From the NCBI RefSeq assembly GCF_963853765.1, contig NC_088858.1, positions 9,176,001 through 9,240,000 of the forward strand: DNA of 64,000 nucleotides. Direction: 5' to 3'. The position numbers and the translations under genes were made by a program. The notes below the pieces were generated by a model that was given only the letters and a program-made list of their open reading frames with translations, searched no databases and was not told the origin of the DNA. Source of the stretch: Magallana gigas. Lineage: Eukaryota. Positions 39,401 to 50,545 of the stretch are shown in pieces; the first letter of the stretch is position 1, and each line of letters opens with the position of its first letter.

Positions 39401-42400
39401 TATCTCTGGAGGATGTACCAGGTATACACCATAATACAGGTACACTCTGAAATACACTGTATCTTTGGAGGATGTACCAGGTATACACCATAATACACGC
39501 TCACTCTGAAATACACTGTATCTCTGGAGGATGTACCAGGTATACACCATAATACACGTACACTCTGTAATACACTGTATCTCTGGAGGATGTACCAGGT
39601 ATACACCATAATACACGTACACTCTGAAATACACTGTATCTCTGGAGGATGTACCAGGTATACACCATAATACACGTACACTCTGTAATACAATGTATCT
39701 CTGGAGGATGTACCAGGTATACACCATAATACACGTACACTCTGAAATACACTGTATCTCTGGAGGATGTACCAGGTATACACCATAATACAGGTACACT
39801 CTGAAATACACTGTATCTCTGGAGGATGTACCAGGTATACACCATAATACATGTACACTCTGAAATACACTGTATCTCTGGAGGATGTACCAGGTATACA
39901 CCATAATACATGTACACTCTGAAATACACTGTATCTCTGGAGGATGTACCAGGTATACACCATAATACAGGTACACTCTGAAATACACTGTATCTCTGGA
40001 GGATGTACCAGGTATACACCATAATACACGTACACTCTGTAATACACTGTATCTCTGGAGGATGTACCAGGTATACACCATAATACACGTACACTCTGTA
40101 ATACAATGTATCTCTGGAGGATGTACCAGGTATACACCATAATACACGCTCACTCTGAAATACACTGTATCTCTGGAGGATGTACCAGGTATACACCATA
40201 ATACAGGTACACTCTGAAATACACTGTATCTCTGGAGGATGTACCAGGTATACACCATAATACACGTACACTCTGAAATACACTGTATCTCTGGAGGATG
40301 TACCAGGTATACACCACAATACACGTACACTCTGAAATACACTGTATCTCTGGAGGATGTACCAGGTATACACCACAATACACGTACACTCTGAAATACA
40401 CTGTATCTCTGGAGGATGTACCAGGTATACACCATAATACACGTACACTCTGAAATACACTGTATCTCTGGAGGATGTACCAGGTATACACCATAATACA
40501 CGTACACTCTGAAATACACTGTATCTCTGGACGATGTACCAGGTATACACCATAATACACGTACACTCTGTAATACAATGTATCTCTGGAGGATGTACCA
40601 GGTATACACCATAATACACGTACACTCTGAAATACACTGTATCTCTGGAGGATGTACCAGGTATACACCATAATACACGTACACTCTGTAATACAATGTA
40701 TCTCTGGAGGATGTATCAGGTATACCATAATACACGTACACTCTGAAATACACTGTATCTCTGGAGGATGTACCAGGTATACACCACAATACACGTACAC
40801 TCTGCAATACAATGCATCTCTGGAGGATGTATCAGGTATACCATAATACACGTACACTCTGAAATACACTGTATCTCTGGAGGATGTACCAGGTATACAC
40901 CATAATACACGTACACTCTGCAATACACTGTATCTCTGGAGGATGTACCAGGTATACACCATAATACACGTACACTCTGAAATACACTGTATCTCTGGAG
41001 GATGTACCAGGTATACACCATAATACACGTACACTCTGGAATACACCGTATCTCTGGAGGATGTACCAGGTATACACCATAATACACGTACACTCTGAAA
41101 TACACCGTATCTCTGGAGGATGTACCAGGTATACACCATAATACACGCTCACTCTGAAATACACCGTATCTCTGGAGGATGTACCAGGTATACACCATAA
41201 TACACGTACACTCTGAAATACACTGTATCTCTGGAGCATGTACCAGGTATACACCATAATACACGCTCACTCTGAAATACACTGTATCTCTGGAGGATGT
41301 ACCAGGTATACACCATAATACACGTACACTCTGAAATACACTGTATCTCTGGAGGATGTACCAGGTATACACCACAATACACGTACACTCTGAAATACAC
41401 TGTATCTCTGGAGGATGTACCAGGTATACACCACAATACACGTACACTCTGTAATACACTGTATCTCTGGAGGATGTACCAGGTATACACCACAATACAC
41501 GTACACTCTGAAATACACTGTATCTCTGGAGGATGTACCAGGTATACACCATAATACACGTACGCTCTGAAATACACTGTATCTCTGGAGGATGTACCAG
41601 GTATACACCACAATACACGTACGCTCTGAAATACACTATCTCTGGAGGATGTACCAGGTATACACCAGAATACACGTACGCTCTGAAATACACTATCTCT
41701 GGAGGATGTACCAGGTATACACCATAATACATGTACGCTCTGAAATACACTGTATCTCTGGAGGATGTACCAGGTATACACCATAATACACGTACACTCT
41801 GAAATACACTGTATCTCTGGAGGATGTACCAGGTATACACCATAATACACGTACACTCTGAAATACAATGTATCTCTGGAGGATGTACCAGGTATACACC
41901 ATAATACACGTACACTCTGCAATACAATGTATCTCTGGAGGATGTACCAGGTATACACCATAATACACGTACACTCTGAAATACACTGTATCTTTGGAGG
42001 ATGTACCAGGTATACACCATAATACACGTACACTCTGAAATACACCGTATCTCTGGAGGATGTACCAGGTATACACCATAATACACGTACACTCTGAAAT
42101 TACTGTATCTCTGACACTTTGTCAACAATACAAGTGCATGTATGGAAACAAAATGTACATGTACACAAAACTTCCCAAGTTTAACCTTGTAGAATAATTT
42201 TATTGTAAAGAATATACTATTTAAACTTTTAAGATTGACCTTAGGATTGCGAGTAATTTTATGTGACCCTGACTACATTTTGTAAGATCATATGTAGTTC
42301 CACATTTATGCACGGAAAATTAAGATTGAATATAAAAGGCTTAAAAGGAAAAAAGAATTCAGACCGACCCAAATAATAACATTTATACATGCATACAATT

Positions 42401-42705
42401 CTTAGGTATTCAGGAGAGCATGAAATATTATGGGTAATATCAGAATACCTCATACTCTCAAAAAGTAAAAATCTCACAAATAAATTTTTAAAAAATATGG
42501 TAAAAGTTATCTGGAAAAAGCATTTATTTACAAGTGATTCTTTTGTAAATCCTTTTAAATAACAAATCTTTAATGAATGTTTCCTCTTTATAGTGGGCAT
42601 GGACTCTCTGGAATAGGTTTATTAAACCTTCTGTCCATCAGCACCATGGCTGCAATGTTTGTTGGGGGAGTTTTAACAGCCATGATCCTGCAGTGGATCA
42701 GTTAG
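36489..42705 (+). CDS. YeeE/YedE family (Sulf_transp, thiosulfate transporter TsuA-like) multi-pass membrane protein, 381 aa, 10 exons
   Basis: Exons 36489-36624, 36925-37008, 37208-37365, 37662-37710, 38178-38280, 38409-38523, 38651-38774, 38941-39053, 39152-39303, 42594-42705 (1146 nt, phases consistent). Family motifs: FGFAIEKGKVYEP..NQM...FVMMKMFLS; GGALLGSGMAIAGSCPGVILAQLG; WPPFVSGIAVGSLQ; LGASSSFCT; FVGGALILFGARMAGGCTSGHGLSG. Many hydrophobic Gly-rich segments. Confidence 0.88.
39288..42110 (+). repeat. 59-bp minisatellite, 48 units, spanning the exon 9/intron 9 boundary of the YeeE-like gene
   Basis: Consensus CTGGAGGATGTACCAGGTATACACCATAATACACGTACACTCTGAAATACACTGTATCT. I counted 48 units (four of 57 bp, the last of 58 bp). 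The first 16 nt of unit 1 are coding. Confidence 0.97.
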
Positions 42706-45567
42706 AGAACTGTATACATGTAACAGACCAAAGACAATGTACATTCACTGCTTATATTTTGTATTTTCACAATTTATCATTTACATTTTATTTTACATAC
42801 ATTTCTGTTAAAAAGAATTTGTTAATAAAAATTCCAAGCAAAGAAGTTTTGTTTTTACTAAGGAAGATAATAATCTTGCACCATTTTTAGCAGATATGTT
42901 TGTGAAAATGGAAGGGCTTTTGTTTAGATGAAAATTCATTGGATATGTTGTGTCATCAAGGTGACAATATTAACATACTACCCTTTCCTCAACAATAGAA
43001 AATAAGACACAAATGTAACACATCATAAATATTTATTATGCTATCTATAATCTAAGAAACTAACAATTACATGAAATTACAACACTAAAGCCTAAAATAC
43101 CTTATAAAGGTCGTCTTACTTCAATGCAGCTCTTCAGGAGTTATCATTATAATAACAACACTGAACCCTAAAATACCTTAAAGGCCATCTCAGTTTAATG
43201 CAGTTCTTATGAAGTAGTTTAGTTCTAATTTTTAAGGTACATTATATTGCTATGATTTTAATTTGAAATAAGTCGTATCTTTTCATCAAAAGTTACATTT
43301 TAATAGCAAAAATTCTTACTACCCTACTTGTGTTTTAAATTTTCTGACAGAAAATGTACAATTATTTTTTATCTTTTAGATGTCAACCTAAAAAATTATG
43401 CACTAATTAATTATTCCTGAAACTGCATTAATCAAATTAATTCAACGGCTTTTATAATAAATCAAGTGAAAAAAAAATAAATCACACCTTCTGCCCTTCA
43501 AGATGTACAAAAACTTCTTATTTATAGAATGTGGCCTCATTTGTCTTTTTTAAATAATCATTCAAATAATTTAGGAGAGGTTAGGTTATTTGCTCTTGTA
43601 TACAGACAGACAGGTTCCGTTACTGGCAATTTACATCAGTGACTCTAATGAGTTTAGCAAAGAGAATACTTATAATCTGTAAATTATTAGAATCAAAATC
43701 TGTACATTTTTTTCTTTTGGGGGAAAAATTCCCAGTGCAAGTCATATAAACTTGAAAAATTAAGCTGCATTTTAAGGGATGTTGTCAAAAACCGCTCATT
43801 TTTCAATTAAGAACTGTGCTATACTGATCAGTAGCATAAACAGTCAAACTTAAAGTTCTTGAACTGATTTTAATACACATGTACATATGTATGAATATAT
43901 TGAATAATTTTGTATGTCTTACATCAAAATATTCAGAAAACCTAAGTGCCAATAATTCCGATACACTTTGTTTTTCATCCAACAACATAATTCTATAAAC
44001 TTATTTTATATAATGAGCACTTTAAAATATTGAATATTCAAATTCTTTCATTTAACGGTATACAACAACAAAAACAGACAAAATTGTCTTTTATCTGATA
44101 ACAGAAATAAAATACATGTGTATAACTTAAAATGTATAACTTTCATTAGAAATGCTAAATCAAGAAAAGGGGTTTTAATCATATAAAACCATTTGCTTTT
44201 TTTTTTAATTTTAGATTCAAATTATTGATTTGTTCCTTGCTTAAATGAAAATGTTATACAATTGTTTTCATGTTATTCAATTTTGCAATTTCCATACAAA
44301 TAACAAATATAAAGTGCATGTACTGATAAATGGGAAAGAATTCATATAGCTATAGGGAAAAGCTTGGGAGAAATAGGACTTGTGTTTTATCAATAATAAA
44401 AGTCTTCACAAACTTTTTTAGGTTTTAAAAATTACAAATTAGATCTTTCTGAGCATTTTATATTCTGAATACACAATATTATAATGTGTCCTAATAACAC
44501 CATATTTTAACATTATGTACCCCCATTTTTTTTCTGATGTGAATAACCGCAGAGCTGATTTTACACAGATTAAAATTAAAATTTTTCTAAATGTATACTA
44601 GTATTAAAGCATAAAACTGTACAAGTTGCATGAAAAAAACCCCAAACAAAATAAAATCATGTGATTTTTTTCAATGTTAGAAACATTATAAGCAGTTTTC
44701 ATATACTCCCACGGGCATGCAGTCTACATTTCTAATATTTGTTAGATCATGATATCAAAACGTTAAATAAATCATGTTCATTATAATGATAAAAGAAACT
44801 TGTAGTATAATAAAATATTTTTTAAAGTTCCCTCCTCCCAGCAAATATTGTTTTTTTTTTAAAAATTCCTAATTTGCTAAATCTTATTCATCTAAAACAA
44901 TAATTTGTCCAAAATACAACAGAAACTGTCAACAAAGATGAAAAAAAAAATGAAAAGTGACTCCAAAACTGAAAGATGTACAATTTACATGAATGTAAAG
45001 AAAATGTAAAATATTGTAATAAAAGAAATGCTAAGTTCCTGTAGTAGTACATGTGTATACAAGCCTCAGGATTCATACAGGTGCAAAAAGATTACCTGTT
45101 TACCATTAACTACTAAGTATCAGAAGCCAAATTTTATTACCAGTACATGTACTAAGTACTATCCAAGGAATTCAACCTTCTAGTATTTGGCATGTACATT
45201 ACATCACACAACAAGTTTGCGAGGATAAATATCTGCAAGTTTGGTGGTAAATCTCCAGGATTTTTTTTTTCATTCCTGTATAATAGTATAAGCTTAAAAG
45301 TTTAAAATAAAATGATTGCTGGATTCATTCAAAATAGTTCTGTCATATGTCATGATAAAATCTGCTGCCATTCAGATATGTTGTTTTAAAATGGAATTAC
45401 AAAAGGGATACTCTTTAAAATTGTCAACATGCTATATATATATTAATATCATATCTATAAAAAACAATTTTCAGTGCTCTATAAAAATATAGTAACTAGT
45501 GTGTTTAAAGCATCATTGATCCCTATTCTAAACATGACAATCTTTGGCCAGCTTTTGTTGAGAAGAC

Positions 45568-48500
45568 CTAGGAGTCCTGGTTTCTTGAGTATGGATGTGG
45601 ATTACAGCTAAGTCCCTGTCTCTTCGAGCGTCGGTAGGCAAGCATTGGGACCTGAACGCCACTGGCCTCCGACCCCAATTTATTCCCAGGGATCCAATTC
45701 ATGCCATGCATCATTTGGTTCCCCATGCTACTCTCTGGAACAAGTTTAGTACATCTATCATTAATAGTTGGTCCAGTTTCAATGGACAAACAGGTACATA
45801 AGACCAATTATCAGTACGAGGGTTGTTCGGAAATTATTGAGACATTTACTCTTATTTCCTTAGGGAAAAAGATAAACCCTTCAAATTTCCCCAAAATGTA
45901 AACCAGGATAGGGTTCATCACTGCGAAAAGTTTTGTGTCCATAGCCTGATTAGATCATTCCTGGTAAACTGACCAACTTGCCTTCGTCCAGTGGACCGGC
46001 GCAACCGCAAACTTACCGCAATGGCATTTTAACGCAGCTCATTGGTCCTATGTTTTAAACACCTTACAAACAAAATTAAATAGAATTAATTTTTCATTTC
46101 TCATCTTTTGTTTACATTTTAAGATGTCAACATTCGCACATTCTCTCCATTCTAGATTTTTGTGGAAAAAATCGGGTTATTTCTAAGCAAAAGTCAAATT
46201 ACTGTAAGATGTCTCCTACAGTCATTCTGTGTACATATTTTAGAACTGTTGACATTTGTAAGTGTGTAAAAAGTACTTGATATTTAGTCACTTTGTCTGA
46301 ATTCTAGTTAATCAATTAGTGAACAAAGACGATAAACTGAAGCTCTTTATCCCTTGCCATCGTAATTTTTTTGTTAAAGCAATTGGGTGCCCTGAAAAAG
46401 GTTTTTTCCGAAATTTCCACCAATTTGATGATATTCGCTGCGCCGCATTGACGTCAAAATTCAATATACCGTCGCTGTCAGATTTCTATTGCTTGGTAAA
46501 TATACCTGTACCATATCCGTATTTCAACTCGAACAGTAGTGAAACTTGATCAAAAGTTAGTCACAAAAAATAGCAAAATGAAAATATATAATCTGATTTC
46601 TTTTATTATAAACGGTAAGTTTGCGGACACTTAGATAGATGAAGTTGTAGTTTTATTATTCTCCGAGTTTATGCTTGCGCCGGGTACCCCGACCACCGAT
46701 TTGTTAACTACCGTTGTAAACAAAATATCAAACATTTTCTAAATATTACTTTCTTTAATTATTTGTTAAGGTTTCTTCAATGTTCATGCCAATTTTCACC
46801 CTAATTCGTCACTTAGAAAGGGAAATATCCGAGTTGTCTCAATAATTTCAGAACAACCCTCGTATATGTAACACCATAAGAAAGGTTAAAATGAATGCAG
46901 ATTTTTTTTCATCTCAACAGCAAGCACTCCACCCCACCCTTCAAAATAAATTAAATAAAAATCTACAAGTATTACCAGTGTACATATATATTCTATAAAA
47001 GGGGTATGAGGCTTTAAGAAGAAAGCTCTTTCAGTTATCAGTGTACACAAACAAAGAGAAAGTTAAGTTAATAAATTTACTATTTATCCAAATGTTATAG
47101 AAAGTTGAAGATTATTATCACATGTGTACATGAAGTTTTACAAAGCCAAATGATATCTACCCTCTTCTGATGGACTTTGGAGTGGTGGTGTCTTGCGGAA
47201 TCTCTTCTGATCCCCATTCCCACCAGACTTGAAGCTTGATGGTAGATTTTCTTGTATATCATGCCACCTCTGTCTCTCTTTCAGAAAGCGAGACAAAGTG
47301 TAACCGGGTCCCTGTAATATAATGATATTACCGGTGTCTAACAATCTATGTGTATCATCGCCTAAATTCAAAGCAAAGATGCACATGTACAATAAAAAGT
47401 TTGATCTACAGGAAAATCTATTCAAACTCATCTTATGACATGTTGCTTTTATTCACAATACATGTAGTTGTACATGTAAACTATATATATCAATTCATCA
47501 TATTTTAATCAATTACCGGTACTGAAAACTCACCTTTTCTTTTAATTTTCTTCTTCCAAATCTGATTGGTCTTCCAGACTGTAAAAAATTTTGTTCGTGA
47601 AACTTTACTTATATGCCTGGTTCTTTATATACCTGATAGACTATTACACATTCTTTGCCAATCCTTGTTTTACCAATTGAAAGTAAACTACAGTAGAAAA
47701 TCAGTTAACATCTTTAAGATTCGTTCTTATAACGTAATCATACCTTGGCCATCATTCTAGTCACCCTAGCCCTGAACGCCAGCTGTGAAGACTTTGGTAC
47801 ATACTGGTCCAGTGAGCTGGACAGAATCTGCTGGAACTGACGGTCAGACTCCGACTCAATGTCCCCAGAATCATTCTCCCACCATCGGATTATTCCTGGA
47901 TTTCCACAAGCTGGTCCCGACTCATAATAAAAATCACTGTGCTCATCATCAGCTGAAGAAGAAAGTAAAAAATATTCTCTTGCAGTTTTCTAAGTCAATC
48001 TGTAAATGCAATGTAATTTTTGCAAACAGTTTTTTTTCTTCAAAATAAGATAAATGTGCGTTGAAATATACATATCTACATGCACTTTACATCAAACTAT
48101 CATTTTTAAAACAAAGATTAAAGTGTTGGGTTCATTACAAGTACAGGTATATCTATATGAGTCTATCAAGCTACTTTTGGACAAAAACAAATTTCTCATA
48201 TTTAAAATGAAATAACTAATTATTTTTCATTATTTTCTTCTTGGTATGTCACATTGATTTAAAAAAAAATATACTACAGCCATAAAACTGACCTTCTCTT
48301 GCTTCATCATTGGTCAGCAAACCATCACTCTCACTGCTGCTGAGACCAGAACTACTCTCCCTGTAAGATGTACATAGTAAATATATATTAAAAGGAACAT
48401 TTACTATTTAAAAATAAGAAACAGTCTTTTGGTATCTAATATGTACAAGACAAAAAAATCCCTCAAATTCAATATGAAAAGAAAAAAATAATGTCTGTAA

Positions 48501-49195
48501 AATTACACTTACATATTGCTCGCTGTATCCATGCCATTTTCATCTTTACCACCCTTCGATTGATCAAAACTAGAGTACTCTCCCCTGGACTTAGAACTCC
48601 TCTTCCTTTTCCCAGGATACACCTCTTCTTCCTTTCCAAACACTATGTCTCTATCATTATTTGATGTCATATCAGACATGCAAGACCTGGGTTTTTGTGG
48701 TCTGGATTTGAGATCAGTAGTTCCAGTAGGAGGTTTCATACAATTAGTTTCTGAATCTATGGCCATCGATTTGTACTTCTTTCTTCGTCTCTGAGGTCTA
48801 AGAGGGGAAATAGTGCTCTCGTTCACAGAATCTGACTCAACTGATGGTATAAAGCTTGAAGTGATAGGCATTGATAGTCTTGTTATTTTTTCAATGTCAT
48901 CTGAGTCACTATTGCGGGTAAGATTCCCAAAATAATCTCTCAGGGCTTCGTCATAGCTACTTTCCGAAGCCTCGCTAATATTCCCACAATCCAAGAGAAG
49001 GGGTCTCCGTTTTTTTCCTTTCTTTTTTTTATACTGACGCTTGTTTGAGATTGAATGACTTGTGCTTTTGACATTTGAAGCTGACTCTTCCAAAGCATTA
49101 GCGAGATCTTGCACCAACTCATCCATACTTACTAGGCGTGAGTTTGAGTACACTCGAAGATTTTGAAACTGACGAACAATATTATGATGATCCAT
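45568..49195 (-). CDS. GPATCH2: G-patch domain-containing protein 2 (about 440 aa)
   Basis: Exons (minus) 49195-48513, 48360-48293, 47952-47744, 47578-47534, 47311-47161, 45734-45568. The last acceptor is uncertain; this choice keeps the frame, total 1323 nt. Motifs MDELVQDLANALEES, KRQYKKKKGKKRR, RRRKKYKSMAID, SSSESDGLLTNDEAREADDEHSDFYYE..CG..GIIRWWE, and a C-terminal G-patch SSMGNQMMHGMNWIPGNKLG...GL resemble human GPATCH2. Confidence 0.85.
45817..46862. mobile_element. Tc1/mariner-type non-autonomous element in the last intron of GPATCH2
   Basis: 28-bp TIRs CGAGGGTTGTTCGGAAATTATTGAGACA (45817-45844) and 46835-46862 (27/28 match); TA duplication at 45815-45816 and 46863-46864; no transposase ORF. 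Confidence 0.9.
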
Positions 49196-49587
49196 TTGGA
49201 ACGTCTTTCGGCATCTACAAAGATGTTAATAATTTAATAAATTAATGACTTGGGCAATGTCAATGGCTGAAATTTGTAACATTACATAACTTATAACATT
49301 ATACTCAAAGGCAACAGGAACTAAGGTTAGTTTCGGAACTCAATAGTCCACATATCTTAATAATAGATCTATATATCCAATCAAAATCAGAAATCATTGT
49401 CAACATAGATTATTTTTCATGCCTGAGCACAAATATTACTGAAATTATATGGAAAATTGGAATCTACAATCTGTGGCATCATACGGCCATAACTTGCGCT
49501 ACAACTATTGATCTGTAATCAAATTTTTGTACTCAAAAAGTACAAATATAATTTTGAAAACTTATTTGCTAAAAACTGTAATCATAC

Positions 49588-49760
49588 CTGTAAACAACAA
49601 TATTTTAACAATGATTTAAGATGTCAAATGGAATTCTTCCTCCTTATCGATCGCCATTTTCTCCAGCTGATGCATTCAACTTCCTGTTTCGCTTTGGGGT
49701 TGCACGCTCGCATCAGCAGAGTTCTACCTATTTGCGCACTAGGCGCGCGTTCTAGGGCAT
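49588..49760 (-). promoter_or_regulatory. Putative GPATCH2 promoter and non-coding first exon
   Basis: CpG-rich patch; YY1-type AAAATGGCG at 49660-49652; donor CAG|GTATGA at 49588|49587; acceptor TTTGTAG before 49214. Inference only. Confidence 0.4.
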
Positions 49761-49779
49761 TTATCAATGGATACCCGTA

Positions 49780-50061
49780 CATGCACGTAGCATCGTTTTG
49801 AAAGGGGGAGGGTAAACTAATCCAAAAATCTTGACAAGCAATATTATAAAAGCAACTTCTCAAAATTATAAAAATCATAATCCGTCGGAGGGGGGGGGGG
49901 GGGGGGTTTCCTTCCTTTTAATTCATTTTTTTTACATGCTCCAAAAACAAGTGGGGGAGCACTCCATCTTAATATACCTTTTTATATGTAAATTATATTG
50001 TTGTAATAGGCCCAGGGGCAACCCCCCTCCCCCCACTGGACCCCCTGATGCTACGTACCTG
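49780..50061. mobile_element. MITE just upstream of the GPATCH2 promoter
   Basis: TIRs CATGCACGTAGCATC / GATGCTACGTACCTG (13/15); internal poly-G and poly-C; TSD decayed (CCGTA/GAGTA). Confidence 0.7.
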
Positions 50062-50397
50062 GAGTATTTACAGAAATAAATTTCTTTTGATTTATTTCAT
50101 ATTGTACGTAATTCCAATCCGAATTAAAAAATTACGTACGGTTATTCTTGTGGATTCCGGTGGTGATTAACGTTACATTTCTGATTAAAAATAAATCAAC
50201 TATTAAAGATTTTTTATTTTGATTATTGTGTCCAATCTAATTAAAATTAGACGTTCTGATTCCGCTACCTTAATTAGATTGCATTGTGTCATGCACCCTC
50301 TATAGTTTGATTATGCTGCTTAGTAATAGATATGCTATGGTGTCCGGATAAGGCCATTTACAAAAAACCCCGTGCAGTGCTTTGTGAAAAACCAGTA

Positions 50398-50545
50398 CCA
50401 GGGGCGTAACTTGAGTCAATATTCTAGTGAGGCAAATTTATTGCGGCAGGGGGTCTGGGGGCCGCCTGAGGCCCCCAGCGGGTCCCCCCAGGGCTCTCCT
50501 TTGGTGGGAGGTTCAGGAGGCGAAGCCCCCCCTACGAAAAATGAA
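50398..50545 (+). mobile_element. Left end of a hAT-like non-autonomous element
   Basis: Starts CAGGGGCGTAAC and shares GGGGGTCTGGGGG...GGTTCAGGAGGCGAAGCCCCC with the left end of 32070-33492. No right TIR found. Confidence 0.45.

Noticed and set aside
39288-42110. CRISPR-like appearance of the regular array
   Set aside because: Units are head-to-tail with no unique spacers, there are no cas genes, and the context is eukaryotic.
39195-42128. Many long Cys/Tyr/Val-rich minus-strand ORFs (up to 520 aa) and short plus-strand ORFs
   Set aside because: By-product of the 59-bp unit: its minus strand lacks stops in all three frames, so translation cycles with a 59-aa period. There is no unique start, promoter or splice context, and the ORFs are antisense to a real intron.
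36489-42705. YeeE-like gene as bacterial contamination or very recent horizontal transfer
   Set aside because: It has nine canonical spliceosomal introns and host-like composition, and is continuous with metazoan genes. Ancient transfer remains possible.
43079-43215. Diverged 76-bp tandem duplication between the YeeE-like and GPATCH2 3' ends
   Set aside because: Two old copies with no structure or coding signal.
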